Part shown: in pieces, positions 32,801 to 46,568 of the stretch | Position numbering within the stretch: position 1 is the stretch's first letter | How the letters are laid out: every line of letters begins with the position of its first letter | Source: Protoeuglena noctilucae | Taxonomy: Eukaryota | Assembly (NCBI GenBank): GCA_958009085.1 | Contig: OY253675.1 | Span: forward strand, 496,001-560,000 | DNA length: 64,000 nt | Direction of reading: 5' to 3' | The notes under the pieces: model-generated | The model's input: the letters and a program-made list of their open reading frames with translations, nothing else | Databases searched by the model: none | What the model was told of the DNA's origin: nothing | Made by a program: the position numbers and the translations under genes

Positions 32801-34951
32801 ATGGAGCGGTTGGCCTCCATCGCCAGTAGCTCGGCACATTGTCGTGCTGTGATTCGTCCGGCGCGTGGGTGGCGGGCATGGGGCCGGCCTGGCCTCGCGC
32901 CGGGGAGCCAGGGCGGCAGGCGCGCTCCCCGCCTCCGCGCATCGGCCGCCCGAGGCGCGCGGGGCCGGCAGGCCGCGGCCCCGACCAAGAGTGACGCTGC
33001 CGTGGAGGGCAAGGGCCTCGGCGGCCGGCTAGCGCAGCTGTTCGGCGAGCTGGAGCGGGGCGACCCTCGAGTACGGCAAAAGGCGAGGCCCCCGCACGAC
33101 GCCGCAGCGGCGCGGGCGGCCGCTGCGCTGACCTGGAAGCGAGTAATTTTTTGATGCTTGCTGATGCACCGCGGCGCGCCGTGCCCCTGCAGCTGGCCAC
33201 GGAGGTGTCTCTCAACGGCATGTGCTCACTTGCCACCGAGGCCTGGGTGCGTGGCGAGAACTTCATGCAGGAGCTTCCCATCGTGGCGAGGTGAGCTTGG
33301 ATTTCGAGCCGGAAGCCCCGGGCCGAGGATCGTCGCCCCCTGCGGTCACGCAACAACGTCTCGCCCCTCCTGTTGTGCAGCGACCTGGTCATCGGCACGT
33401 GCGTCTGCGTCACGCTGTTCGTCTTACTCGCCCCGAAGACCTCCGACCGTCCGGTGGCCCAGGGCCGCAGGCAAGTCCGGCCGAGATCATGCGGGGGCCT
33501 GCGGGGCCGCACACGGCCCCCGATCTTCGCCGACGCCGGGCCTCGTCGTGATCCGCAGGCGGACGATATCGCAGCGCATCCGCCACCTGCGCCGCACCAC
33601 CAGCCGGGGCGTCAAGACGTTCGTGGAGCGTGTGTCGGCCGAGGTGGACAGCCTTCCGGCCTTTGCCGCGGACCGCGGGCAGAGTTACACTCCCCTGCAG
33701 CGCGCCGCTGCGGTGGCGTACACGGGCGTGCGCTTCGCCTGCGTCGGGATCGTGGGCGGCGGCCTTGGGCAGGCAGCTACGGACGCGCTCCTGGCGACAA
33801 CGGCGGCGAACCGTGCCACGGCCGTGGCGACGGCAACCGCGACGGCCGGGTCCGCCGCCGCCGGTGCCCTTGCCACTGCGGGTGCCGGCTCCGGCGCCGG
33901 CGCCACCGCCGCGGCCGCCACCGCCGCCACCGCCACCGCTGCTACGGCCACCACCACCGCCGCCACCGCCACTGCCGCGGCGACCACGGCGGCCTTCTCC
34001 CTCGAGGCCTCCGCGGCCCTCTCGGCCGCCACCGTCGCCGCGTCCGCCACAGCCGCGTCCCCCGCCGCGCTCTCCGCCGCCAACGTCTTGTCGGTGGCTC
34101 CCGAGGCTCTGGCCCCCGTCGTCGGCGTCGGCCTCTGGGACGTCGCCATCTCCACCGCCGCCGCCGCCGGGCCCGCTTTGTCCCTGGCGGCTGCCACCCT
34201 CCCGCTCCTCGACTTTGCCTTCGAGGGCCTCACCCCGGAGGTGGAGGCCGACGCCCTCGCCCTCGGCGCCACGCTGCCGTCCCGCGCGCTGGCCTTCCCG
34301 AGCGGCGGGGTCCACGCGCCCCGCCACGGAATGGACGTCATGGACGGCGCCCTCGCGGAGCTGCTCGCCCCGACCGCCTCCCCTATGGGCCCCTGGCCGG
34401 CCGCCGTGCGCGTCCACGGGTGCGCGGGGCCGGAGTTGGTCCCTGGCGAGGCCGCTGCAGAGACCCTGGCCCAGGCGCTGGCCGCGCTGCCCCCTGGCGT
34501 GGTCGACGCGCTGCCCGATGCGACGGAGGGCGCCGACGAGGCTGCCGCGCTGCTCGAGTCCTTCAGCGCCGTAATCGATGCTACCGACGCCCCCGAGGCC
34601 ACGTTTGGGGTTTTGGAAGAGGCCGTCGCTTTGCTGGAGTCCCTGGCGGGCTCACCGGAGGCGGGCCCCGCGTCGGCAGCGGAGGCGATCCAGCGCGCCG
34701 TCTCCTCGGGCCCCACGGGGTCCTCTCTTGATGGCGTCCTGGCCGCCGCGTGCGTGTGGGCCGTGTTCCTCGCCGTCTCGGCCAATGTCCGCTACCAGCT
34801 TCTCTGCGGGGTGGAGCAGTGGCTCGAGGGCACGCCTTTGGCCAAGCGCCCCGCTGTCATGGCCCTCGCCACCGGCGCCCTCCGCCTGGCAAACAACCTC
34901 CTCGGCTGCGTCCAGTTTTTCCAGATTGCCGCCCTCATTCGCCACCGGTGA
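32801..34951 (+). CDS. RETICULATA-related (DUF3411) plastid envelope protein with a long Ala/Thr-rich insertion
   Basis: DPRVRQK|LATE..RGENFMQEL..SDL..LLAP, YTPLQR, FLAVSANVRYQLLCGVE, LRLANNLLG, preceded by a transit-peptide-like N-terminus. Confidence 0.85.
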
Positions 34952-35199
34952 AGCACCCCTTTCCCCAATCCTTTTCTAGGTTCGGCCTTGGGACTCAGAC
35001 TCCTCTTCCGGATCGCGCGGACCTACCCATTTTTCCCGGGCGCCGGTTTTCCCGCCAGCGCCCCCGCCTAGGGCGTCGCCGCCCGCCGATGCGTGCCTCG
35101 CGGCCAGACTTTGAAATGCATCGCTCCCAGCCATGGGTTCCATATTTAACCGCCTTGCTCAAGCAGCAGCGGCAGGATCCGGAGAGCGGCTGGTAGTCC

Positions 35200-36783
35200 T
35201 CAGTCCCTCCCGGGGTTGAGCCCGATGAGCGTCTGCTGGTTGCCCGGCAGGTACACCACCCCGCGCGACCGCGACAGCACCCCCGCAATCTCCTTGGCCG
35301 CCTCGATGCGGCGGAGGTCGATCAGAGCCGCGCCGACCTGCTTGGTGGCCTCCGAGATAAGCTTGGCTGCCTCCGCCTCGCCCTCGGCCCGGATGACGGC
35401 CGCCAGCCGCTCCTGGTCGGCCTTAGCAACGAGGTACTGCGGAGTCACGGACGAGAGTGGTGTGATCGCACATGGTATAGCAAGAACATCCACCCTCTGT
35501 GGTCTTGCGGCCCATCTGTGACGGATGAAGGGGTAGGCAGTGTCTGTTGCACGCCCGCAGCTCTATGGAGGCGCCCAGGTGCGCGTCATCGACCCAGGGC
35601 AAAGTGCACGCACATCACAACTGTGACGCGCCGTGTGACTGCACGCGCAGGCGACTGACCGCAGCACGAGAGCGCAACGCACCTTGGCACGCTCCGCCTC
35701 TTGCTCCGCGACCTGCTTGGCCTCAATGGCCTTGGAGAAGTCGAAACCGTACGTGAGGTGCGTGATCGCCACGTCCTCCAAAATGATGTTGAAGTCCTCT
35801 GCAGGCGCAGAGCAGAAGACACGGAGTGATCACGAGGGTCCCTCACGCACACCACAGCTCAGCGTCCCGGCCTGGCACCTGCGCTGCGTCGCGCTGCTTC
35901 CTAAGACACGCTGCGAATGCATTTGCAATCGCAGGCGAAATTGAGATTGCGCTGGCGCCTCACCCGCGCGCTGGCGGAGCGTTTCGCGGACCTGGCGCGA
36001 GACCATCTCTCGCTTGGTCAGGAGGCTCTCCGCGTTGTACTGCGCCACGGTGGCTTTGAGGACCTCGTTCGCGATCGAGGGCAGCACCCGCTCGTCCCAG
36101 TCCTCCCCGAGGTTGCTGCGTGGCAAGGGGACATCATAGCTCAGAGTCGCACCACGCAAACGGGCCCCTGGGGCTGGTTGGCACGCTCCCGATCGCCCGG
36201 CACCTGAAGATGTACGGCAGCGCCTCGACCTTTGGCCTCGAGAGCACCCGCACGGTGATGTTGACCATCTGCAGGTCCTTGGTCCCCGTGACGGAGCTGT
36301 ACGACCGCGGGCGGATGCGGATGCTCATCACGTACGGCTTCTGGATCCAGGGGAGAAGCACGTGCGTGCCCTCCCCCGTAGTCTCCTTCTTCACGCCCTG
36401 GAAACGGTCGAAGATGACCGCGCGCTGGCCCCCGTCCACTGCGCGCGGGACGGGAGGGGTGCCCGTGAGATCCCGCCCCGCCCGCGCCACTTCCCGGGGG
36501 CGGGGTCACGCGCGTCGTCAGACTCGCAACGACAGATCCCCGCGAGCAATGCGGGCCGCCCTGAGGTCGCCGCGGGGGGGCGCACGAGCCCACCGATGCC
36601 GCGCGCCGCGAGGGGGCCATTACTGACTTCGGGGAAGGCGCAGCCGACCCGCGACGACGTCCCCGCTACTCCTCATTCACCTGTGTACAAGCACGCGTCA
36701 ATCATGGACGCCGTCACCCCCAGCCCCACCGCCCACACCGCCCCCCTCCCCAGCCGGTTTGCCAAGGCCCCCAGGTTGGCCAT
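35200..36783 (-). CDS. Prohibitin (PHB1/PHB3 type)
   Basis: Motifs [67 protein letters not shown]. Confidence 0.95.
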
Positions 36784-37488
36784 GCTTTCCCGGCTCCCAC
36801 TCGATCAGCAAGGAATGACGATGCTTCGCCCAGCGACGCTGGCCCTGTCGCGACGCTCGCCGGACGGGCCGTGGAAGCCTTGCGATCGGCGATGGGAGGT
36901 GGAGCGCAGTGGGAGCGATGCACGTCTTCGGCGAGAACACCCGGGGAAGTGCGCTGCGCTGGAGATCGACGCCGCCGGGCTCCGGGTTGACCCTAGCTAG
37001 GTCCCTCCCCACCCCATGGCAAACTTCGCCTCCATGGCACCAGGTCTGCGTTTCTGGACCCGTGGCACGTCTCCGATAGGCTGCAAAGCTCTCCTTTACA
37101 GCTGTTATAAACAGCCTAGTTGTCTACATCGCTTTCTACCGCCCTCGACGCCCAACTGGGACACTCGAACCAAGCTCTGATGGGGCCTCGCGGCCCTGAA
37201 ACGATCACCCGCCCACCACCACCCCCTGCGGCATACCGCAACGCGCTCGTCTCCTTCCCCTCCCTTCGTGCAGCTCACTTCTAAATCCGCAGCCATGCCC
37301 CTGGGTAGTCATCGCTGCTACAGGAGTGGCTCCAGCACATCCTGCCCCTCTCTGTCGGTCTGAAGCCCCGCGACGGCGTCAGACTGCGGGGAAGGCGCGG
37401 GACCGGCGTTGCACAAGCCCGTCGCTGCGCATGGGCAGGGCAACTGTCGATGCGTTGTCCGGGTGTGCCCGTGTGCCGCTAAGCCCTC

Positions 37489-39519
37489 CTAAACCAGCCC
37501 TCCCCGCGTATCTCGCACCAGACGGGCCAGGTTGCCGGCCTCCCAAAGCCGCATGCGCACGAGCTGCATCTGCTCTTGCAGCGTCATGCCGCGCCAGAAC
37601 TCAGACGTCAGGCCGAGGGCCCTCTTGGTCAGCCAAGCTTCGTCTTGAAAGTCGTAAGGCCGGTTGAGCACGCAGTACTTCCACACGAACTTAAATGCCT
37701 GCGGGTGACGGCACATATCTCCCATCGTCGTCACGCCAGGTGCCCTCCCACACACCCCGCCGCCCGTCCAGGCGCCTGGCCGCCACCCCTCACCCACAGC
37801 ACGGAGAAGATCAGGCGCAGCGGCAACACCACGAGCGTCACGGCGATCGTCCGCGACCACGACGGCCTCTTGGCGTTGTGAAGGATCGTGATCATACGCT
37901 GGTCCCCGGGCAGCGGAAGGAGGAGCGTCTGCTCGTCCCCTTCCTGCGGACGTGAGTCAACCGACAAAGATGCATACAGATGTACCAAAGAACCGTGCAG
38001 GCAGCCTCGCCTCGGCGGCCCAAGCACACCGGCATGTGCCACGCACACAGCAGGACCCGCCGCAGTGCCCCAGCACCCCCAAACCCCTCACCAGTCCAGC
38101 GCCCGTCCGCGGCGTCCCCCGTCCCCCTCGCGCGTGCTTCTTGGCATCCTTCATCTCCCTGCGCCGCAGTTGCCGAGGCACGGGGGGCGTCCCCGTCGCG
38201 CGCCCACCCGCGCTGCCAGGCGTCCCCGTGCCCATCGGCGTCAGGCGCGGGGACGGCCCGCACGGCGCCGCGAACCGCGGCGAGGGCCCGCTGAGGGGAC
38301 GGACCCCTGTAAGCTGGCCCTGGGAGGCGGACCTCCCGGGGGTCATCATGCGGGGAGACAGCTGCGTGCTGCACTGGCCGCTGACGCGATGGCCGTTGGC
38401 ACGCACCGCCAGAGACGCGACGGAACGAGGCGTTTCGTTGGCGCTCTGGGCCACGGCACTGTCACGCGGAGGGTCGTCCTCCGCACGGCTCTGCAGCATC
38501 GCCCGGGTGAGGACTTCCTGCCAGTCGATGCCCGTCGGGACCCACGGCGTGTAGAACTTGGCGGGGCCCGACTCGCCCATCAGGTCTCTGCGGGACGGGG
38601 TCTCAGCATGCGACCGTCGCCTGGCAGGGTGGCCGGCCACCCAACTACCCCCGCCGCGGCGAGATTGGGCGCGCACCTCAGGACGGCCGCATACTGCGGG
38701 TTTTGCATCATCCGTTCGCACCACGTGCGGTACTCGGCGGCGCTTAAGAGGTACTGCGCGAGGGACACGCTCAGCAAGACGACCACGACGAGCCAGGCCA
38801 CCCACGAGCGCCACTGCGAGGATCCGGAGCCGGGCAAATGTCGGTCGAGTGAAAGACTGAGTGGGGAGCGAGGAAGGGTGGCCAGCGAAGGCGCACGGGG
38901 CGCGGGACTGGAGCGCAAACACGGACATGGCCGGCCACGGGGCGCGGGAGGCGCTGCGAGGGAGCGAACATGGGAAGAAGGGCGGCCAGGACGCCAATGA
39001 ATCGAGAGCAGCGACGCGGTGGGTTCCGAAGGTGCATGAATGGCTCGTTTTTGCGCAATGAGGCCCCGGCTGCACCCCTCCCTCGCACCTGGAGCGCGAC
39101 AGAGTCGAGGGCGGAGCATAGGTCGGACGAGGACCGACTACTGACGCCGGTGAGGATCCAGCACAAATCCCAGCGGCCAAGGATTCCCTGCGGAGCGGTG
39201 GTGGCATGGGCGGGGGCGTCGGCCGCCGGGGGCGACCGGCCAGCCGCGTCCACCCGCTCGGCGACATGTCCCTGAGAGCAAGAGTACGGGAAGCGACGTT
39301 GGCGCTTGTCTACGGCGCGGGCGACTGCCCGGGGTCCACAGCCACCCAGCCCGGCGTAACCCCTCGCGCTGCGAGTCGCCGTGGGGTGCGCGAGCGGCAA
39401 GGAGAGCTCGTCACCTCGCCACCGGGGCCGTGAGGGCCGCTCACGGCGCAGCAAGTGCTCCCAACCAGGAGCAGGCAGATGCACGCGGCTGCCAGCCAAG
39501 CGCGCGCCCGCCGTCCCAT
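37489..39519 (-). CDS. Secretory-pathway membrane protein resembling the DNAJC25 C-terminal region; no J domain seen
   Basis: Signal peptide MGRRARAWLAAACICLLLV; TM VAWLVVVVLLSVSLAQY..NPQY; KRPSW..VLPLRL..W..FVWKYCVLNRPY..WLTKRALG..LWEAGNL pattern. Confidence 0.55.
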
Positions 39520-40180
39520 CGCGATGCCTCTTCAGGAAGCGTGCATGAATGGCAAGCACATGAGCCGCGCTGGGAACCCTTATCTAAATCGACAAGGGGG
39601 CCAGCGGCAGGGCACAGCACGTGGACACGGCCAGGTTTTTTTCCAGCAATGGGCCCGGGACGCCAGGGGCGGATGACAAGGACTGCGACCAGAGCCCTGG
39701 TACTGACCGCTGATCGGCAGACCGCCGTTTCTGAAAGTTTCGGCCACAGCGTCAGGCGCGGTCAGACGTGTGTACCGGAGGGGGCCCATCAAAGCAGCGC
39801 GGTCGCTGCCTGCCCCAGCAGCGGAATCTCTGTTGCTGTTGTCAAGCGACGGCCAGCGCGCGCGAGAATGCACGGTCAGTCTGCCGTCCTGGGGGGCCAG
39901 CAGCTGCGCGCCCCGACCTCGCGCCATGCCCGGGCCTGTCGCAGGTAATCCTGCGCTGGGAATATTGCGCTGCTCGGCCAGGCACGGCGCGAAGTGTTGA
40001 CCAGCGGCCCCCCTTGCGGCTGGGGCACGCCGAGCGGGCCGCGAGCCGGACAGCATTGCATTGCGGTAGCCCCATCTCCGAGTGCTCGCAACGAGGTCGC
40101 GAGTTTCGCCCGCACCCGCCGGGGCTGCAGCGATCGGGTCCCGTCGGAATGCCACGGCCGGCGGGACCTGCTTTTTCACA

Positions 40181-42282
40181 ATGCGTCGCGCGAGCACGGC
40201 CTTGCCGCCGTGTGATGCTCTCAATGCACCCGTTGGACCTCCCATCGCCGGGGACGCGCGCGTTTGCGTGTCCTGCTGGGCCAGGGCGAGATCCGGGCCC
40301 TCCGGGGCTGCGCGCGTCGCGCTCTGCGCGGTCCCCGGGACTCCTTTGGTTTCGATTTGGCCAGCTGGCGCCGCCGCCCTCCGCAGGGACCTGTCCTGCG
40401 GACGGGAGCCGGGGCTGCTGGCGGGCACGTGCAGCTGGCCGTCCCGGGGCCCAGATTTGATTCATATCCTCGCCGCGGCCATCACACGCCCTCCTGACAC
40501 TATCGTGCTCGCATCGCGCGCCCGTGCCCCGCGCCCGGCGCCCCGCGTCGCCCGGCTCGCCCACGTCCAGCACCCGTCCCCGCGCAGTGCCTCCCTCGTG
40601 GTCCGCGCGGCCAAAACCGCCGATGGCCCCCGCGTCGCCGTGGTCGGTGTGACCGGTGCCGTCGGTCAGGAGTTCCTCCGTGTGCTCCAGCAGCGCAACT
40701 TCCCCTACTCCAACCTCAAGCTCCTCGCCTCGTCCCGGTCGGCTGGCAAGACGTACGAGTTCGAGGGGGCGACCTACAAGGGTGCGCTGCGCTACCTGCA
40801 TTCGTGCCTGCGCAACGCCGCGCGGCCGGGATCCCGAGCGCTCGCGCGGGGTGTGCCGACACATGTGGGCGAGTGCCACCCCTCGCTACGGCTGGTTTGA
40901 CGCTCCTCCCGCGCCCCACTCGCAGTGGAGGAGCTGACGGAGAAGTCCTTTGGTGACGTGGACATCGCGCTCTTCTCGGCTGGCGGGTCCATCTCGAAGA
41001 AGTTCGCGCCCATCGCCGCGGACAAGGGCGTTTACGTGGTCGACAACTCGTCCGCCTTCCGTATGACGGACGGGGTGCCCCTGGTGAGTGGTAGTGGAGG
41101 AATGCAGGGCGATGAAGTGGGAATCGGATTGCGGGGCGCCACCGAGCCACCGAGGCAGCAAGAGGCAAAGGCGCCGCACCCGCCCGCGGCCAGCAGCACG
41201 CCGCGCGAGTGTGCTGTGTGTGTGCCCCGCTCTCAGGTCATCCCCGAGGTGAACCCGGAGGCGCTCAAGGGGATGAAGTGGCGCGACCGGAAGGGTGCCC
41301 TCATCGCCAACCCCAACTGCTCCACCATCATCGCCCTCATGGCCGTCACGCCCCTCCACAGGTCCGCGCCGGCTGTGTTAAGGGTTGTTGGGCCAGCAGC
41401 GCAGCCATTAAGGTGCACACGTGGATATGTCCCGTGCACAACTCGCTCGCCCCCGCCGCCCCGCAGGGTGCGCCCCGTCAAGCGCATGGTGGTGTCGACG
41501 TACCAGGCGGCATCGGGGGCTGGGCAGGCGGCCATGGATGAGCTCGAGCAGCAGACGCGGGACGTGCTGGAGGGCAAGCCTCCCACGCAGAAGATCTTCC
41601 CCTTCCAGTACGCCTTCAACCTCTTCAGCCACAACTCGGCCATGGGCCCCAACGGTGAGCGATGTCGGGGCGGGGCGGCACGCGTCATAAGTTGCAAATA
41701 GGGGTGGCGGGCCGGACGAGGCGTGCGGTGGACGATCGATTGATGAGTAGCTGTGGTAATACAGGGGTGGTGGGCACCCTGTAGGGTCACAGAGGCCGGC
41801 CCGGCGGGCGTGCATGCTTGCCTGTGTCGAGAGCGGCAGCTCACAGCTCATATCTCCTGCCTCGAGCACCGCTGCCTTCTCCGCGCCGCGCAGGGTACAA
41901 CGAGGAGGAGATGAAGATGGTGAAGGAGACGCACAAGATCTGGAGCTACAAGGACGTGCGCATCACGGCGACGTGCATCCGCGTGCCCGTCATGCGTGCC
42001 CACGCCGAGTCAATCAACCTCGAGTTCAGCGAGGACTTCGACGAGGCGGAGGCCAAGAAGGTCCTCTCCTCGGCCAAGGGCGTCTCGATCATCGACGACC
42101 GCGGCAGCAACCGCTTCCCCATGCCCCTCGACGCGACCAACAAGGATGACGTCTATGTGGGGCGCATCCGCCAGGACCAGTCGCAGCCCGGCAAGCGCGG
42201 CATCGAGCTCTTCGTCTGCGGCGACCAGATCCGCAAGGGCGCGGCGCTCAACGCCGTCCAGCTCGCCGAGATGCTGCTGTGA
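40181..42282 (+). CDS. asd: Aspartate-semialdehyde dehydrogenase, plastid
   Basis: Motifs [68 protein letters not shown]. Start uncertain (see findings). Confidence 0.95.
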
Positions 42283-42669
42283 GGGCCGGACTACGTGGGC
42301 CCACTTGCCAAGTTGGGCGTCTTGGGGTGGTGTTGGGGTGATTTCGGGGTCAAGAAGGAGCGCCACTCGTGGGTAGTTGAGGTAACTAGAGTGGGCATGG
42401 GGTGCGGGGGTGCGCGGGTCACCAGGGACCTGGCTTGAGGCCAGGGTGGTGTTAGGGGGTGCTGGTAGCGCGGTCTAGGGGCGTGCTGTGCGGGCATGGG
42501 AGGGCGTCTGGGGAACGGGGCCTTGACGTGACTCGGGGGAGGGGCGGTCAGCCTTACATGCGCGACGTGAACTGGGGCGCGAAGGTTGTCAGGCTTTCAT
42601 GTGCTTGAAACGAATTGGGGACGTGCGAGCCCAAGGCCTAGCTAGCTCGAGGAGACGAGTGAAAACTGC

Positions 42670-43774
42670 TCACAGCAGGTTGCCCATTCGCAGCAGGTGC
42701 ATGTACATTTGCACAAGCACGGAGCTCATCCACACCAGCACCGCGCACGACCCCCACATCCACGCCCAGTCCCGCCAGTCCCCCGTCTCTCTGGGGTATA
42801 GCTGGTCCACCAGCCAGTCCAGCGCCCCCGAAGCGCTTACCCGCTTGCTCTGCGGCTCCTCGCGCCCGCTCTGCCGCTCCGCCACGCGCCCCGCAACGCT
42901 CGGCTGGGACGCGGCAGAGGGCGCAGCTGCCGCAGCCGCCCTGCAAAGGAGCATGCAAGGCATAAGGTGGCGGGACCGGGGCGAGGCTAGCGGCGGCGTA
43001 AAGGGGAGCAGGCAAGGGGCAAGGTCGCAGGACTGAGGGGCCATGCGGGCACCTGGGAGGGCTGGACGGGCTCGTCGGGGATGGCTTGGAGGCAGACGGT
43101 AGCAAGTCTGGATCAATCATGGCCTCAAGGTCGCCGATGCACCGGCGGAGGGCGCTGGGGGAGGGCGACGCGTCATCGCAGGAACGGGCCATCGCCGCGA
43201 CAGTCCCGCGGGGCCTTTCCAAGCGCCTTGCGGCACCGAGGACGTGCCTGTGGGAAAGAAGGTCATATCGCGGTCGACGTCGACTGCTGGGGAGCGCTAT
43301 GTCGCGAGAGAGGACTCAGCGTTTGGGATCCCCAGTACGAGACGCTTACCTGGCACCATGAGCCGCAGAGGAGCTCGCATGGACGACATCGTTGACCAAG
43401 TGACCGCGTTGTGCCCTTGGGCAAGCCAAGCGGGCGCTGTAGGCAACGGTCAGGGGAGCCATGATGAAGAGCTGCGACAGGAGAGTGCCCAGGACGTCGA
43501 ACGATAGCTCAGAGAGCGAAGGTATTGAACAAGATCCCGACAAGGCCGCAGTGGGAGCGAGCGACTCGCGGGGAGGCTGGTTGCGACCCGAGATTCGGAA
43601 ATCTCGAGCGACCGGGGCGACCAAGTCGGAAATCCGCACAAGACTCGATGGGGGGATTGTGCGCTCCATGGCCGGCACTTGCGTTGCTTCGGCTGGGGAG
43701 CTCCCAGCTGGGCTTGACCCTGCCAGTTGTGTCTGGGCTCGCTGTGAGTCAGCACGCTGCCCGTCGCGCTGCAT
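42670..43774 (-). CDS. Hypothetical protein with C-terminal TM helix
   Basis: Three open segments joinable by GT-AG introns, ending DWRDWAWMWGSCAVLVWMSSVLVQMYMHLL. No family recognised. Confidence 0.4.
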
Positions 43775-44283
43775 TGCTACTGTGCTTGACAGCTCCCTAG
43801 CGCCGCGACCCCAGCGTCGCCCTCCCAGCGGCGTTCCCCGTCGTCGCTGGCCCACGACGCTGCGCGTTCCGACCGTGCACGCGCTTGGGGAGGTCGCGCA
43901 ACAAAGGCGGCCGCGCGCCACGGTGTCCTTGCCATCGAATCTCGCTCGGGGTGAGACGAGCGTACGCTCTCCGGCCCTCGTTTTTGAAGTGGGGCCGACA
44001 GCTGCTCGAACGCTTGCGGGCGCGTCTTTCGCGCTTCGAGGAGGTCTTTGGCCTCGCATCGCGAGTCCGCCTCATCTTCTGGTCAAGCTCATTGCTCTGC
44101 TACTCGCAATCCTCTCCCCAAGCACCGCTGCGAGGCGCGGGAGCCCGTTTTACAACAGCTCCCCATGAGTGGCCGCGCGAGCTTCCAGGACGCACGGAGG
44201 CGCATCCTGGTCCCCTGTTCCTGCAGGACTCGTCTGTCGTCGCTTGTTGTCCGTCCCGCGGGCCCTGAGAGCGCCCGCACGCA

Positions 44284-46533
44284 ATGGTCGCGGCCCACGA
44301 GGTCAACATTGTGGGCACGTTCGGGCAGATATGGAGCGCCCGGCCCGACGTCGGCCCCGACGGCCACATATCGACGCTTCATAACCGGTGCTGGCCGAGG
44401 GCGAACAACGGCGGCCCCGACGCCTCCACGCTCACCATCGGTAAGGCCAGGTTTTGCATTCATCTCCTCTGTCCCAAGACAGGGTTGTCATGCAGTCCCA
44501 CGGCCCTCGCCCGTCCACCCGCTTCAGACAAAGCCAATTTTCGTAATCTTAGACCTTATAGTGGTCTCCAGCACCTGAAAATCCCTACAAACACCCGTGA
44601 CCCCGCAGCTGCCATGAGCCCCACGGCGGACGTGATTGCCACGGCAGACACCAGGGGCAACATCTACGTGCTCCGGGTGGCCAAGAACCGGTACCGACTC
44701 CTCGTCCGATCGGGCAAGCCAGTCGTGGCCATGGAGGTGCGATGCGACGGGCTGGTGGCTTCCCACAATACCTTTGGTCGTGTCACGGCCTAGCCGGAAC
44801 GACTCTGTCACCCGTTGTGTCTGCGTTGATAAACCACAACCATCTCTACACCGCCCGTCGCTGCTGCCCCCACTCACGCTGCCCCATGTATCTCAGTCGC
44901 CCCTCCGCCCTCCCCCAACACTCCCCCCCGCCTCCCCTTCGCCCCCCCAGTTTTCCAGCCGCAACCGCCGCGAGCTCCTGGCTTCCTTCGGCGACTCCTG
45001 CGTCCGCATCTACGACGTCGACCACGGCCAGCTGCTGGGCACCCTGTCGGGCCACCGCACGCCCCCACGCCACGTGTCGGTCCGCGCCACGGCCGACGAG
45101 CTCATCAGCTGCTCGGGCGACGGCGTCGTGCTGTGGGACCTGCGCAACATGGTGCGGAGGAAGACGCTGAACGCGGCGGGGCTGGGTGCCGTGCAGGCGG
45201 CCTTCTCAGACGATGGCGCGTTGATCGTGGCCGCCTTCCGAGACGACTCGGTGTGGGTGTGGGACGCCGACTCCCTGCGACTCCTGCACCGCCTCTCCGT
45301 CCGCGCGCCCACCGCCGCGGCGCCGGGCGGGGCACTCACGGGGTTTGCGCTCAGGTGAGGGGGCCATGGGTCGTGAAGGGATGGGTGACAAATGTGAGAT
45401 CTGTGAAGCAAGCGACCCTGCCACATTCCCAGAGCCGACTTCAAAGTTATTTTTAGCAGCCTGGCCCTTGCGACACACCCCATCCCCACCGCCCCCATTG
45501 CCCCCACCGCCCCCACATGCCCGCAGCCAGAACTCGGAGCTCGTCGCCCTGGGCACCGTGGGTACTGCTGTCCACGTCTACGACCTCTTCACGGGCCACC
45601 ACGCCTCGAGTTTCGTGCTGCCGGCGCGCCACGCGTCCAAGGGCACGAAGCAGCTGCAGTTCCTTCCGGACAACGACACGCTCGCTTGCCTCACGTGAGT
45701 CATGGGTGTGCATGGGGTGTGCATGGGTGTGAAGGGACCAGATGGGTTGTGAATGGGGTGTGAATGGGACTGGATTTCGAAGGGTGGGATGGGATATGAG
45801 TGGAATGGTAATGGGATGGAAGCTTGGTGGCCCATGCTGCCACCGCTGCTATGTACATCCCAAGGGTTAATACCTGACCAGTAGCTAGCTAGCGACGCAA
45901 GTTCTGTTCTATTATCTCCCCACCATGTTACTATCCCCCACCCCCTCTCCCCTTTCCCCAGGGAGGACGGCTCCCTGCTCTTCGCGAGCGTGCGCACCTG
46001 CCGCCTCACCGCCACGCTACGCAGCCCCGCCGCCCTGCGCCTTTGCGACCGCTTCTGCATGGACGCACGCAGCAACTACCTCGGTCTCGTATCCGAGGAC
46101 AGTCTACTGCATTTATATGACCTGGCGGCGGTCAGGAAGGCGCAGGCGGGGGCGGGGGAGGCGTTGGCTCACGCCGAGGCGGTGGTGGCGGAGGTGGGGG
46201 CAGGCGGGAAGGGTGGCGAGGGTGGTGAGGGTGGCGGGAAGGGGTTTGGAGGGAAGGAGACCGGGGTGGAGGGTGGTGGCGGGGACGGGGAGGGGGGTGC
46301 GAGGGTGGTTGGGCAGGGCGGTGGCGCGGGTGGTGGCGTGGGTGGCGTGTGGGCAGCGACGGAGGCGGCGGGAGTGCGGCAGGGTGCGTTGCTGCATCGC
46401 GCTTGTTTGCATGCCCGGCACACGCATGTCATGCTAGCTCTGCGCATGCGACAAGCTTAGAGCGCCTAGCTTGCTGTGTTGCGATCATGCACCCTCCCCG
46501 CACACCCCCCGCACCTGCTTACCCACGCACCTG

Positions 46534-46568
<35 letters not shown>

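Noticed and set aside
33373..34785. Long overlapping alternative-frame and antisense ORFs (here and throughout the window)
   Set aside because: Expected shadows of high GC3 coding sequence; the translations are low-complexity Arg/Pro/Gly.
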